Positions 22,807 through 37,435 of a stretch of 64,000 bases of DNA are shown here, piece by piece (positions within the stretch are counted from its first letter, which is position 1; the number at the start of each line of letters is the position of its first letter). The stretch is taken from contig OZ024740.1 of NCBI GenBank assembly GCA_964016885.1, forward strand, positions 144,088,001 through 144,152,000, written 5' to 3'. The notes under the pieces were generated by a model that saw nothing but the letters and a program-made list of their open reading frames with translations, had not been told where the DNA came from and made no database searches. The position numbers were made by a program, and so were the translations under genes. The DNA is from Eledone cirrhosa (taxonomy: Eukaryota).

Positions 22807-23384
22807 TTTATGTCCATATACCATTAAACTGAATTTTAGATGTAGGTGGTGTCAGCATCACCACTGTTTAATGTCCATTTTCTATGCTTTCATGGGTTAG
22901 ATGAGTTGTCATGTTATGAGGCTAGCCAGGTCAGGTATCCATATCTTGTTCATACAGATCTATTTTTGGCTAGGTTTTCTATGGATGAATGCCCTTCTTA
23001 ATGCTAACCAAATTACAATGTGTACAAAGAGCTTTTATCCTGACTACCATTTTACAGAGTGGACTGGGTGATTTTTGTCATGACACCAGGAACACTAGCT
23101 AACAAGGTGGACCGAATGTTTTTTGTTGTGGTACCAGCAGACCATCTTAGAGGGTGAACTGAGTGTTTTTGTCATGGCACAAGTACAACCATCTTACAGG
23201 GTGGACTGGATGCTTTTTTTGTGGCGTATGAATTAATAAAAATAAAAAGAGGCACAGAGCAACACTTGCACACCTTCTCAGGCTGGTGAGGTTGATATAG
23301 TCTGAACTGCTTTATATTAATATCTGTAGGAAAAATAATTGCTTTTTAAAAAGTTAATAATTATAAAATAAAGAAAACATTTAC

Positions 23385-23466
23385 CAGGAGCACCATAAAC
23401 TGTGTTCATAGCAGTTTCCTGAGATGAGAGAAGTTCATCTAAGAGTTTCTGTGCCGTGGGAAGAAT
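23385..23466 (-). CDS. ZSWIM8: ZSWIM8 exon, 82 nt
   Basis: ILPTAQKLLDELLSSQETAMNTVYGAP; AG/GT bounded. Confidence 0.93.
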
Positions 23467-23619
23467 CTAAAAAGCAATCAAAATATTTAGATAAGTGGAG
23501 GCTAACAAACATAATGCTGTGAATCAAATATTCTTTATTTATGAAAATAATGTTTATTCAACGAACTGATATATACATAATTTTTTACAGATAAAAAGAA
23601 ATAGAAATATAATAATACA

Positions 23620-25050
23620 TTGCTTACAGAATGAAAGCACAAACGAATATAATATAAAGGAGTGGGTGGACAACTGAGCCACTACCAGAGCAAAAGATAG
23701 CAGTATCGCGAGGAGCACTGGGAAACCTCTCTAATGATTTTTTAGGCAAGCCAGCATGCTCGCAGCGTTACCTCGGGTGATGGCCAGGCTGATGCATTGG
23801 AACAACCAAGCACCCTTGCGAGATTCACCAGTTACCACTGTTAGGCAGGCCATCAGTGAAGATAGGAATCTCACAGTCAGCAGCACGACTCCTCCAAACG
23901 TCTCGGATGCCACAGGCTGGAAAATGTAGTTGGCCAACAGATCAGTCTTTTAGGATTTTGCTCCATTCGGTTGCAGAAGCAGTGGCTCTCACCCTAACTG
24001 CAGCATCCAGGATGTGGGAAGAAGCAAAAGAGTCACTAACTGTGACATCCCAGACAAGGCACCTGCCTCTCGATCAGGAGCACAGGGTAAGGCTGTCAGG
24101 TCTTTTCCCATCACTCCTGGAGAACCCAGATGGTTCCAAGATTGAGAGGATGTTTGCCTGGGCCAAAGCTCTCTTGTGAATAAGGTTTAGCTCTGTGTGA
24201 CACACGAAGTGACTGGCATTCAGGTGGCAAGAGAGGCCTGTAGAGACGAGGAGTTTGCCACATCGACACCTCAAACCCGTACAGATGTCAGCTCCCACTC
24301 TGAGAGCAATGGAGACATGAAATTCGTCCAAGCTGAATAGGCCACCAACATTAGCCGCGGGTAGGGCATCAACCCAGTCTCCTGAGTATTTGGCGCTATC
24401 AGATAGTAAGCAGCACCCTGCAAACTGATCCACCTGGACAAAGAGGGAGTCGAGTGGCCTTCGAACTTATGCTGTCCTAAGCTCTCTGACTTCTCAGGGA
24501 CAGACAAGCCCAACTCACTCCATTGTTGGAGAGCTTCATCCAACTCCCTGTTGAAAATAGTCCATGTTGGAGAGGAGAGGATGTTGCTCACCAAGGTGGA
24601 GCAAGCGTGGGTGAAGGAAGCATGGGAGAGAGGTGGACGAACATTTACAAAGACCAAAACCCCCAAATTGCTTGGGCAACGCAGCCTGAACGCAGGACTC
24701 TGAGGAGAGTCTAACATTGACCAAGCACTCGAGTCTCTTGAAGATTAGGTTGTTGAAGCATTGGAGGCAGGACAGAAATCTGTGAGAAGGGCTGACCCTG
24801 ATCAGATACAGAAGCTTAGTAATCGAAAGGTAGTTTCTGAGTATGAAAAAACCTTGATGGGCTTTGATTGCTTCAATATTCTTCAGCAGCTACTCAAGGC
24901 CAACCATCTTCGATTGGAAGATTGACTTTAAGGCAAGGTCTGTAATTGGGGCTTCTAAGGAGCACCAAGCCGACAGGAGAGGGACCGCAATGGAAGGGAA
25001 GGACTCCGTAAACAGGTCGATTGTCTGTTGGTGGCAGTTACTTTTTGTTC
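23620..25050 (-). mobile_element. Degraded CRE-like non-LTR retrotransposon (restriction-like endonuclease end)
   Basis: LPKQFGGFGL, GDWVDALP, CRCGK..LSC..H, EPSG..DGKRPD, LVWDVTV, FQPVASETFG, FQCISLAITRGNAASM across frameshifts. Confidence 0.75.
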
Positions 25051-25094
25051 TTTAGAGCAAACTTGAGAAGTTTATTCATAGATGTAAAAATTAC

Positions 25095-25202
25095 CTGCTG
25101 TGGTAGCTCACTAATCAAATACTGAGCAAATTTCTGCAATTGGTCCCTACGTAATCTTGAAAGTGATTCAGACACAGGAGCCCGCAAACAAACTGAATGA
25201 GA
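25095..25202 (-). CDS. ZSWIM8: ZSWIM8 exon, 108 nt
   Basis: SHSVCLRAPVSESLSRLRRDQLQKFAQYLISELPQQ; AG/GT bounded, phase 0-0. Confidence 0.93.
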
Positions 25203-26319
25203 CTGAAAAACGTGTAAAGTAGAATTTTAGACCAGATCTTGCTAACCATGAAACAAATTAGACATTAAATTTAAATTATTTTAGAATGGGAAATGTCAAT
25301 GGTGGCGATATATTTGTATTGCAAGGTTTTTAATATAAAACTCGTGTGCTGAAACAGATACTGTTATATTTGGGAAGGGTCATTTTGTCCTAATATTGCC
25401 AAAAATAATAAGAAAACACACACAGTGTTTGGTTGGGTTTTCACAAAAACCAAACAGTGAATGTATTTTATAATTATTTTGATAAAAGTGCCAAAAATAA
25501 ATTAAACATTTTTTTTTTTAAACTGTGGAAACAATTTCTGCAACCCATAAATGTGTATCTATGAGCTTATACATGTTTGTCTATGTATATAAAGAAACTC
25601 CATAGTCTTTGCTGCAAGAATGAGTATATATATAAAATTACATATTCTTATATATACACAAACTTATTGAATATATTATTTTCATTCAAATCATTTTATA
25701 CACCGTTATTTACATTCAAATTGTTATTAGGGCGAGTAAAAAAATTGTCGAACACAAATTGAATGCGCCTGTACTAACTATTTGGATTGGAAGTGAACTG
25801 ATGGACGCAAAACCGATTTTATTATCGGCAGTATCAGTTGAGTATCAGACACTATGCTTTACGACATAGAGTCATGGCCCTTTACATTATGAGTTCTAAT
25901 CCCACCGAGGTTAGCTTTGTCTTTCATCCTTACGGGGTCAATAAAATAAAGGACCACTAATGCACTGGAGTCAATTTAATCGACTTTTCCCTCTCCCCAA
26001 ATTGCTGGCCTTGTGCCATTATTAAAGAGATGATATAATTTTTGCAGTGCACCCAGCTACATATTATGACACAGCTGCTGACCACAACATTGGTGTAGTA
26101 GAGGAAAGATGAATATTTGTAAGGGACAACTTTATTACATATCAAATATGTGGAAGAAAAACATAGATTCACTGAAAAATAGAATATTGGATGTGTAATG
26201 TATTCATACCAGTATGAAACAGATCTTGAAACGTTCATAAAAATGATAACACTCAACCATGATCTGTTTGAAAGGCTATAACCAGCAAATGACATAAATA
26301 GCTAAGAATATCTGTTTAC

Positions 26320-26492
26320 CTGATGAATCCTATATAAACACAGAGCCACCACGTGGGAGCACCATGCTGTGCTCCCACAAGTACACATACAAGAAGTGAT
26401 CCGTCTTCTGTCAAATACAACTGCGACATTGTATGAGCCTTTACCCTGAGTTGAGCTTTGGGAGGGATCTACTGTTGCACTGAGATGAAAAC
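26320..26492 (-). CDS. ZSWIM8: ZSWIM8 exon encoding the SWIM zinc finger, 173 nt
   Basis: ttcag|GT TTT...CAT CAG|gtaaa; GFHLSATV...YNVAVVFDRRRITSCMCTCGSTAWCSHVVALCLYRIHQ (CxC...CxH). Confidence 0.95.
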
Positions 26493-26559
26493 CTGAAAAA
26501 AATGGATGAAATAGTAACTTGTGAACGTTTTAAAACCATTTTCTTTCATCATCAGCACC

Positions 26560-26965
26560 TCCACTAACCAACCTCATTTTCATTATCTTTAGCCATGTCT
26601 TTCTTGGTCTTTCCTTTCCTCTACTTCCTTCCACATCCATTTCTAATACTCCATCAATAGTCACTTTCATCCTTCCTTAACACAAGACCCAACCATCTCA
26701 TTCATTACTAGCTCTGCAATTTATTAGATTGTCTTCCTCTCTTAGCAATACTCCATTCATCCACCAGACTATTCTTGTTTCCGTTCTTTCTAGCTCCACA
26801 TTTATCATCCCATTAATCATGACACTTCTCAAACATGCAGGATATACCTCCCACTTCAGTTTCAATAACACTTTCCTCCTCACTAGCACACCACGTTTCC
26901 ATGCACATCTCACTGTCAAAGTGTCTAATCTACCCTCCCCTTTCAACATGTCTCCCACAGTAAAA
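26560..26965 (-). mobile_element. Degraded RTE fragment
   Basis: GDML..VRCAWK..YPACLRSVM..LERTE. Confidence 0.7.
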
Positions 26966-27104
26966 AATTGAAGACATCAAATTTTCATAAATACAAAAAT
27001 TTTATCAGAGAAATCAAAACTCAAAGAACACAAAACCAAATAGAAATGAAATATATTAAGCATTACAAACTATTTTTTATAATAGTAAAGGCCTTAATAC
27101 ATAC

Positions 27105-27199
27105 CAATTTGCAATGCTTCTTTCACTGCTTTCATTTTATACAGGTGTTCTCCCTTTTGGAATTCATCAGAGCTGCCATTGGCCAGGCAAGAATACAAC
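27105..27199 (-). CDS. ZSWIM8: ZSWIM8 exon, 95 nt
   Basis: tatag|G TTG TAT...ATT G|gtatg; LYSCLANGSSDEFQKGEHLYKMKAVKEALQI. Confidence 0.93.
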
Positions 27200-28099
27200 C
27201 TATAAAAAAATAAAATAATCAAAAGACTAGAATGATGTGATAAAAATACAGTATAAAACCACAAATCCTACAATCAAAGTGAAACAGTAATTACAATTAG
27301 CAGGAAAAAGCTGCAAAATTGTCTATACTGATTATATGATTAAAAAAAAATCAATCCAAGTGTTGGAGACATCATGATGCTCAAGCATAGACTAGTTTAG
27401 AAAGTAAAAGGGCTAATAACATGAGCTTTTCTCAGATACAAATATTTTAGTTTTACAGCAGTTGGATCGAGAAGGCATGCAGAAGAAAGAGTGGTGTGCT
27501 GGAGATATGAAGAACAAATACTGTAGAGAAGGCAAAGTTGGAGCCGAAAAAGATATAAAACAACTGTTGATGGAGGAGTTTGAAAAATAACAACAACTGT
27601 AGATTATCTTGTGGGGTATCAGGTAGCAAGACATTTTAACCAGTGCAGCTAAACATTCCTATTGCTCAAGTACAAGTGAAAAGGATGAATGATCTTCAGA
27701 ATAGGGATAAATGTAAGGTTTACATAATGGTATAAATGCTGCAATATTAATTCTTTACCCTTTCATTATCATATTTCTAATGAAACATTGTCTATGATTT
27801 TCAAATAATTTTGAAATTGATGATGAGTTTTGAAGGATTTAGTAAAATAACTAATTTTTTTTATTCTTAAGCTAATATTTGGAACATAACTACATTTTCT
27901 TAAATAAAATTATGGTGGGAGAGGTTTCCAGTGTTTTGTCAACAAAAAAGTTAAAGCTAGGTACAAAGACATACTTTTTTAAGGTAACGAGGCATTATCA
28001 AGTGAATAGGCACTGGTATATTATCGACACTAATTGTGTTATGAGAGATGAAACCTTTTAGAGCAATTTTAACACAGAAACCTCTATCATTCTTTGCAA

Positions 28100-29030
28100 A
28101 CAAATAAGTAAGTTCGCAATAACCAGTCTTGGCTCCATCTCATCTCATCTAACCCATGCTGTTGACACCACTGAGAAGGATACAAACAATACAACTTCTT
28201 CCAAATTTTTGTACTATCATCATCCACTTTATCCAACAATGCTGGGTTGTGGCCTTTGTAAATTGATATGCTCTCTTTCCAAAACATCCTCCAGTGATCC
28301 CTTTCTTGACAAATCTTTTATGTTATCATTTCAATGTTTTCTGGGCTTTCCAACAAGTCTTTTGCCACTTATCTCCATTTCCCATGCTTGCTTGACAGGG
28401 TTGCTTTCATTCATCCTGACAACATGCCAAAACCACTTTAATTGCATCACTCAAATTCTCTTGATTATTGGGTTTACATCTATTTCTCTTCTGATATCTT
28501 GACCTGATCCAAAAAGGAAACTCTTTTTATTTTCCAAAACATTCTCATTTCAGTGGGTTCCAAAGATATTTTCCTCCTTCGTTCTTAAAGTCCATATTTC
28601 AGATCCGTAGGTTTAGAACTGATTGTATAATTGTTTTGTATACTTTAGCTTCGAGTTTCTTTGGCATTCCTTTGTCATATATAACCCCATTCATTTCTTT
28701 CCATTTCAACCCTGCTTCATTTACACAAACTTTCACTGCCTTCTCTGATCCTCCATCTTCACTTAACATTACTCCAAGGTATTTGAAACCATCAACCTGT
28801 TTTAAGATGATGTTATTGCCGTTAACCACATTCATTTCTTTGTAAGTTTTTGTACTGGCCATCACTTCCCCTTTTGTGGTGTTAACTTTCAGTCCATGAG
28901 ATGCTGGTAATTTTTGACATTTCAAACAACTTTGATGCAATTCATCTACTGTTCCTCTCATAATTACCAAGGAATTCCTCTTTTGCAAATTTCAGTTATT
29001 ATATCTCGAACTATAACAAATGGGCTCAAG
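28100..29030 (-). mobile_element. Degraded RTE fragment
   Basis: GLKVNTTK..FKYLGVML..WKEMNGVIYDK..VYKTII. Confidence 0.75.
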
Positions 29031-29738
29031 TTGCTATAAATCCTTGTACCAACTAAAGAAATCAATATCAAATCTATAGATAATATATTTTAAAATTGTA
29101 GTGTTTTGGTGATATTGCCAAGATAGATACAAAGCACCATGCATAAAACACTAGTCATTCAATGAGCCATGAATTAACTATGAAGCTTGGCTTTTGAACA
29201 GAATTTCATATTCTATTTCCAGAATTTGACTTGCAAACGTTTTTCCAAGGAAGCATAGGTAGAGCAGCATTCCACACGTGTTACACCCTATCCTAGTTCC
29301 ATTGACACATTTGGTATATTTCCAAATACAGTTTTAAGAATTTAGCTGTAGTTTTTACTAGGTTCTCACCCTATAGTCAACTGTTGTGACAATTGAGTGG
29401 CACCGATACCAAGGAAGTTTTTTTTTTTACTAGACTTCTCTATATAAGTTAGCATGAATAAACATTAAAGAAATGAAACCACTGTCTTTATTAAGGATAG
29501 CAGCATTAAGACTGTAAAGTTTTCGGTCTCATTAAAGCCTTCAGTGCTTTCACAGTTTTCTAGATCATCTTTGTTCAAGAATAGAAAAGAAGAGTCATGA
29601 TTTTGAATCATCCATAATAAACATGGTAGAGTAAAATTGAATTTATGATGAATCAATGCCAGCATGGAATAAAAGCAATAAGATTAATAAATATAAAGAA
29701 AAAAAACAACAAAAAAGAATGAAAGAGGTGTTTGCTAC

Positions 29739-29892
29739 CGTATATCTTCTTCATTTTCAGGAAAACTCCAAAAAGCAATCCTGAGTTGAAGTTGATCTGG
29801 AACAGGCTGTCGAAAATTTTCAACAACTTCAAAAGGAATGTGGCAAGCGACAGCCTGTGCAGACATCTCCACCAGTGTCACAATCTTGTCTC
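29739..29892 (-). CDS. ZSWIM8: ZSWIM8 exon (first one seen; probably exon 2), 154 nt
   Basis: tgcag|GA GAC AAG...ATA CG|gtagc; DKIVTLVEMSAQAVACHIPFEVVENFRQPVPDQLQLRIAFWSFPENEEDIR (BC-box/Cul2-box region). Confidence 0.93.
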
Positions 29893-30389
29893 CTGCATAG
29901 AAATGAAGAGTATTGCCATTTTCACTAAACATTTATATAACATAAAATCTAAAATGGTGATAGTCAACAAATCAACATAAATTCTACATGTACATTATAA
30001 ATAGTCACATTAGGATAGCTTTTCTTTAAAAAAGTTAAATAATGTATTAAGTAGGCAGAATTGTGTAACAAATAAGAGTGTGGATGGGAGAGTGTTAGAG
30101 GGTGGATATTTTGTTAGACAGATCCAATGCCATCCATAGGCCACATGGCCAGTAAAGTACACTGAGTATGAGGTTGGGGCAATACAAATGGAGATTAGAG
30201 GGGATTGTGCAGATGGAGATGGGGGACAGATGGGGCCTTGGACAGTGGACCCAAATTTAAATGTAGCTCACAGCCTCTGACTAGCACCATTTTAGCGTTT
30301 GTTTCACCATGTTCGCGTGAAAAGGTAGGTTTTCTGCACTGCCTGTTTCTAATCATCATGGTCCTTTGTCATCCCTGTTATGAGGTTTA

Positions 30390-31199
30390 GCTCCTTGTGA
30401 TTGTCTTTATTAGCAGGACAAACTTCAACAAAGGTGAGTAGTCCATCAAGGTGTTGGATGACAGATATTTCACAAATGTGTACGAACAGCAATGCTGCAT
30501 GAAAGCGAGACCTAGGCACTGTCTGCTCTGCAAAGATTGGAAAGAAATAAAGCTGGCATGCTTCGATAGATGTGTTATAGTAGTGTGGATGAATGGGGAA
30601 ACATCAATGAATTGAGAAAGAAACTGGGCATAAAAGGAAACTTTACAGGAAAGGAGACTGCAGTGGTATGGACATGTGATGCGCATGGAGGATGACAGCT
30701 GTATAGAAAAGTGAAGGGTGCTCAAAATTGATGGCAGCTATGGAAGAGGAAGACCTAGAAAAGCTTGGGATGAAGTGATAAAAGCTGACCATGTCCAATT
30801 AAACCTCTCAAAAGAGATGACATAGATCAACATTTCTGGCATTATACTGTATGGTAGAAGACCCAGATTTTTATGAGCACAGGATGAAACAAACATGTAG
30901 AGGATACTAGTCTGCAGTAATATTCTCTCTAACACTCCTCCATTCACCTCCACATACACCTCATCCATGTCCAATTTGCATACTCGTTCCCCTACCCACC
31001 TTTCACACTACTGATGTACCTCTCCTGTCCTGTTCCACCCATGCATACAAGCATGGAACTCTGGACATGTTCCAAACCTACTTTCCTCTCGCATAATACT
31101 GCTGGCATAACAAAAACACTTTGTTCATCCTGTATAGTGATCTGGTGCCACAGCAAAAGCACTCAATCTACTCCGTAAGGTGGTCGTGTTGGTGACATG

Positions 31200-31234
<35 letters not shown>

Positions 31235-31530
31235 CCCAGTCCACCCTGTTAAGTGGTTGTGCTGGTGATAATTCAAAAAACACCCAGTCCATCTTGTATG
31301 GTGGTCATACTAGAGACATGACAAAAAGCACCTAGTTCACCCTATTAGATAGTCATTTTGGTGCCATGATAAAAAGCACCCGGTCCACACTGTAACATGG
31401 TTGGCATCAGGAAGGGCATCCAGCCATAGAAATTAAGCCAAAATAAATACCCACATGAGAAAGACTTGGTCACCTGACCTGTCTAATCCATGCAAGAGTG
31501 AAAAAAAAATGATGAGGATGTGATGATAAT
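30390..31530 (+). mobile_element. Degraded RTE 3' portion with tandemly amplified 3' UTR subrepeats (similar array at 23040-23225, -)
   Basis: RRLQWYGHVMRMEDDSC..GRPRK; several units of about 45 bp, aaaagcacccagtccac.ctgtaa..tggt. Confidence 0.75.
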
Positions 31531-33539
31531 CCTCAGTGATTGATGCATCCACTGGCTTAGATTGGTATTCTCCCTAGTGGTCCATTATGGTTGACTATTT
31601 CTTTTAGTAGAGATGTAACATCTTGATATGAGTCATCAAACAATTCCTGAAGCCAAAATATATAGAATGGACCTCTGTTGGTTTTGACGATGATTAATGT
31701 GTAAGTTGTTGAGCATTCCACAGACACATATACCCACAACATAATGCTGGGCCTTTGAATTACAGATACAGTCCATCTCATAATATTCCAAACAGTTTCT
31801 GTCTACCCAATTTCATGCACAATGTAAGAGTTTGACTCGAGATTATGGTAAATGACATCTGTTCAAGATGCGACACAGTAGGATTGAACATGGGATCAAA
31901 TGATTGTGAAGTGAACTTAACCATTCAGCCATGCTGCATCCACTATGGCCAAAAGGGGTTTCTATTGCATCATAGAAATTTTATGTCAAGTGCGTTTGTA
32001 TGCATCTGAATTTCTTGAACTTTTAAAGTTCTGTATTTAATTTCCATGGTGTGAACAATGAATGAAACCTTACTCTGAACAACTTGCCATTACTCTTTTA
32101 GAATGTGACAAGAAATTTTCTGGCGGGTCTTGTGTATGTAATTCAGGAACTTGCTGATTGTCCTAGACTTCACATTAAACCATTCTTGATGGTTATTTTG
32201 TCTCCAATTCAAGGATTTCGGCAGCAGTGTCACAGACTGTGCAACTAATGGGAGATTATCAGTAATTAATGCCAGCAGCATCCAAGGTGTTAAATTAGTT
32301 CCTTTTAAGCTTTCAGTTTGACAGGTAGAGAGTGATGAAGTCCTTACAAATATAAGAGGAATGTTAACTTGCAAGCAATTGAGACTCTTGAGCACTGCAA
32401 AAGATATACTTGCAATCTGACTTTTTTTTTTTTTTTTTTTCAAATCCTGTAAGTTTATATTTATCTGATCATGACATAGTAGGCCAAAAATCACATAATT
32501 TCATCAAAGCTTGTACGATCTTGAATGAACCAAAACAGAATGAAGAACGAGATTAAAATAAAAAAATCTTTGGTTTTCTCACTGCAGTTTCTGTCTAAAT
32601 GTTTAACCTCACAAATTAATTTAGAGCAAGGCCAGTCAATCTTATATAGGTTTTGTGATAGTTGGTTTGTTGATCAAACAAATGACTTTTTCATGGTCTA
32701 ATATTTTGGTAAAAGTTATTTCAGATCTTTGACCATTTGAGATGGGAATTGGATCTTGACATTGTTAAATGCTAACAATTATTAAGAATGGAAGTAACTT
32801 TCAGTTCTGAAAAGAGATGAATTTCTTTCATACAATTTCAATTATGATGTACATGTGAGAACTTCAGGAAAATATGTTAAATGAAATGTTCTGGGAGTAC
32901 TTAAATATATATTTGTGAGAGATGTAATATTTAACTGTTATGTAGTAGAAGTTTGCTCTCTGGCTTCCTATTCCAAACATATTTTATTGCTGTCCAGATT
33001 ATTTTAAACTGCACTGTATATGGTAAATTCCCCAGTTAGAATCATTCTTCATCATATTTATTAGTTAGTTTATAAGCAAAACTGAATGATGTGTACTAAA
33101 GTTGTTTGTATTTAATTGCTAAATATGTTATCTAATACTCCTTTTTTTCTCTTTAACCATAGGTAAGTTAAGATTGATGGATATGATTACCTTTATATTA
33201 CATTTAAAACAGTAAGTACATTTGAGATATTTTAAATAATTATCTTTTTTAAATACTACCAGTTCTACTAATGTCTTCATCTTGTCCTTTGATTATGTTA
33301 ATGTGTATCAACTGTCTAACAATGTTACCTAATTTTGAAAATAGATCTTTCCCAAAGTTAGCCACATGGCAAAAAAATTTGAGAAATAAAGTGTATTTTT
33401 GATGAGATATTTCTCTACTACAGCTTGATGTTACACTTACTTTCTAATTAGATACAATGGCAGCAAGAATTTTAAGACCATCTTCACTGCTAAAAGCAGG
33501 TATTAATCTTGTAGGCCCCATGATAAGCATCTCCTTTTT

Positions 33540-34622
33540 CTCTATCATCTGCATTTCACCTCCATCATATTTAGCTAGGATTTACTTGGTCTTCCTCTTC
33601 ATCTACTTCTATATTCATTTCCATCATCCTCTCACCCAGTCACTTTCATCCTTCCACAACACATGATCCAACTATTTCATTCCATTTCTCTTCAAAACTG
33701 GTTCTATTCTCATCATCCTCTGCAATTCATGGTTTGTCTTCCTCTCTCTCTCAGCGATACTCCACTCATCCAGTGAACCATTCTCTGATGCTCCATGTTC
33801 ATCAGCTATGCCACACTCTCATAAATCATAGCACTCCTCACATATTCCTTTCGTTTTGGTTTCAGTGACATCCCCCCCTCCTCATTAGCACACCAGTCTT
33901 CTTTTTCTTTGCCCACATATTCCTGAGAGGGCCGTAGGAGCAGAGTCCCCAAACACCCCTTCCAGTCGGTCATCACAGAAGCAACCATCTCTAACTGATC
34001 CAGCTGGATCCCTAAGAGACATCAGCTAAGGTCATGGATGTTATCCAACTATCTTACGCGGAGTCTACCCCTGGGTCTCCTGCCGGTTGGTTTTGCCCGT
34101 AAAATCTGTCCAGCGATTCTTTCCCCGTGACGTTCTAACCACAAGCCTGTAAGTATTAGAGCTGTGATTTCTCAATTCAGAGAAGGAGCGGCTCTACCTA
34201 GAGTGACTATCTGAATTCTGAGATAAGCATTCTATCAAGTAACATTACTCCAAGGACCCTGCGGAGGAAACCCATTGTATTTGCGATCGTATTCCTTCGG
34301 TCATTACCCTATCAAGTGCAAGTCAGAGATTACCTTCTGTCGAATTAAATAACACCATGTCTGCAAATTCCAACTGACTGATATTACAGCTGCCAGTCAT
34401 GATACCACTTCCAACATGGCTGCGCATGTCCATCCTGTTCATGAAAATAAGGAACAGGAGAGGTGACAGTATACACCCTTGACAGAGTCCGAATCCCACA
34501 CTGAATGGTTTCAATTTAACTCCATTTATCTGAACACAAATACTCAGGCATTCGTATAGAGACATCAGGGCAACAAGAAACTGACCATCGACCCCATACT
34601 TCTGCAGAACCACCCACAGCAC
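33540..34622 (-). mobile_element. Two adjacent degraded RTE fragments
   Basis: LWVVLQKYGVDG..GLCQGCILSPLLF..FAD in 34323-34625; a second fragment at 33540-33900. Confidence 0.7.
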
Positions 34623-35684
34623 CACAGCAGGTCCCGAAGAACGCAGTCATTTGCCTTTTCGTCTATTGCTAGTATCTAAGAAAATAACAAGGAACGATTA
34701 TTTCCCACCAAACGTGAGAGGTGTGTAGATCTGCTAAACACCAATGGTCTTTTCGCCCCCATTTACCATACCCTTTCTACAAATCTAGTTGTTTCCGAGT
34801 GGTTTGTAGGTCATATTTATTGATAACACGCAAAAAAAAAAAAAAGTAGAGAAAACTCCGAGGAGGGCGGAAACCATTCTTTCCACTGCGTTGGAAAAAA
34901 GTCAATTACCAGTATCTCACAGGTTAGTTTAGTTGATACGAAAAAACATTTTTATCCCACAGAAATCGAGTTGGGGGTGTTCTATAAATTTACCACACAC
35001 ACACACTCACATATACATATATACACATATCTTTGTTCACACATCTTTATACACATATATTTATATATACATATACACAGTTCCACATTATGAGCATTAA
35101 AAAGAAAGTTTAATTTGTGGAATTAAATCTGAGAATTCGTAACTATTCTATCAGCCTGTATTAGGGTGGACAAAACAAACGATAGTAGATAAAACAGTGA
35201 GGTGTCGTTGGTGACGCCTCTTCCAATGTGATCGCAATCCACGGTCATGTACGCTTCAGTCGTTTGACACACCAGGCGCTCTCATAATATGTTTACGCAC
35301 AACGAAGATAGTCTCGCGCAGTTCAGCTTTATTGTAAGCTGTTTACTATTAATAGACTTATTATCACGACATTCATCAGCCCCCTCTTTAATAATGATAA
35401 AAACAGGTAAAACATTAAAAATGTCTACTGCGACTCATGTAAGGATGAATTTATAGGGAGGACGAGATTGAAGAGAGAGTAAAAAGCTTACGATGAATTG
35501 AAATAATAAAAAGAGTGGATGGGATACAGCGCGATATTTACTGATAATTATCCACTACTAATGATCTAGGGAGCATCCGTGAGAATACATTATGCTAAGT
35601 CGATCAATCAGTTATTTACACGCACGACGCTAAACTACCTTTGTGGCAACGTACAAGTCAAAGAATTACGTGTTGGAGGATGTG

Positions 35685-36256
35685 TGTATATACACACACA
35701 TACATGTATATATAAATATATATATACACACACACATGTATATATAAATATATATATATATATATAAATATATACACACACATATATATAAATATATATA
35801 CACACGTACATGTATATATAAATATATACACACACTTATATATATATATATACACACACATATACACACCCATATATATATATACACATACATATATACA
35901 CACACATACATATATATATATATACACGCATACATACATATATACACACATATATATATACACACACACATATATATATATACACACACATATATATATA
36001 TACACACATACATATATATATACACACATACATACATATACACACACACACACATATATATAGATATAGATACATACATATATATAGATATAGATACATA
36101 AACATATATATATATATACATACACACATACATACATACATACATATATATACATACACACATACATATATATACATACACACATACATATATAAACATA
36201 CACACATACATACATATATATACATACACACATACATATATATACATACACACATA

Positions 36257-36298
<42 letters not shown>

Positions 36299-36345
36299 CA
36301 CACATACATATATATATATACATACACACATATATATATATATAT

Positions 36346-36387
<42 letters not shown>

Positions 36388-36477
36388 ATATATACACCCA
36401 TATATGTATATATATATATACACATACATATATATACACATATATGTATATATATATACACACATACATATATACAC

Positions 36478-36508
<31 letters not shown>

Positions 36509-36625
36509 CATGTATATATATATATATATATATACACACATGTATATATATATATACACACACACACACACGTGTATATATATATATACACACACACACG
36601 TGTATATATATATATATACACACAC

Positions 36626-36672
<47 letters not shown>

Positions 36673-36735
36673 TATACATATATACACATACACATACATA
36701 TATATACATATGTATACATACACACATACATATAT
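35685..36735. repeat. (TA)/(CA)/TACA compound microsatellite
   Basis: Direct reading. Confidence 0.95.
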
Positions 36736-37341
36736 ATGGTGGCTGCCAACTCGTTTTCGAGTACGGCTACTACTTTATATCCATGTAGGAGAACCCCTAC
36801 CGATGCGCTGAACGAGTGTGACTTTTTAGTCCAGCCAGCGACTTGAAAACTCTGGTACAAACACTACACTTGTGACAATTATTGACACATAGTGCTGGGC
36901 CCATGGTACCATGTGACGACAAGTGCAGAGAGATCTCCAGATATAAAGCAATGCCTGTGCCGTGAAGCTTTTATAGTGAGCAAAGGCACTGCACAAAGCC
37001 AGTCCCACTCTCTTAACCAAGATGATATTTACCAAAAAGAAGAACAAGTCAACATCATTGGTAACCACCAGGGTTGCAGGTGTTATATCAGTTTTCCTTC
37101 TCCTAGAATTCTGCCTTGACAAAGGCTAAGGGGTCATCTCTCCCGGTGATTTTGGATGGCCATTGACTCTTAAGAGCTCCTTTGCCCTTTGACAGGTTTT
37201 GTTTTTATCCTGCAGGATGTCCAAAGTCACCCTCCTCACCAAGAAACCTTGGTGGGGTTGCCAGTTTAGTCGCCAACGACCCGACCATGAGACAGGTTGC
37301 ACTGGGATACATGCTACCAGTAGCACCAACTGGTGACCTGA
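36735..37341. mobile_element. Non-coding interspersed repeat of about 605 bp, copy 1
   Basis: Nearly identical to 56517-57123; partial copy at 47559-47708. Confidence 0.85.
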
Positions 37342-37403
37342 CATATTCATATATATATATACATACACACATATGTATATATATATACGCACACACATAC
37401 CTG

Positions 37404-37435
<32 letters not shown>

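Larger units (their letters stand above)
2520..29892 (-). other. ZSWIM8: ZSWIM8 orthologue, partial gene span (17 internal coding exons)
   Basis: The spliced exons keep frame across all GT-AG junctions. The peptide has ZSWIM8 hallmarks: IPFEVVE..PVPDQLQLRIAFWSFPENEEDIRLYSCLANGS, the SWIM finger, LRPLRGREPEG, LGFEAAVAALG, EAEHPLLCEGTRR and SIDSSAPETTS. Confidence 0.95.

Noticed and set aside
29893-29932. ATG-initiated extension MFSENGNTLHFYA as the ZSWIM8 start
   Set aside because: A good tgcag acceptor lies at 29893 and the extension has no homology; read as intron
32040-32800. 134-aa minus ORF and a plus-strand LSDHDIV motif
   Set aside because: No ZSWIM8 similarity; possibly a very old LINE endonuclease remnant but too decayed to call
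36826-37122. ORFs of 73-98 aa in the 605-bp repeat
   Set aside because: No domain, and lengths differ between the two copies
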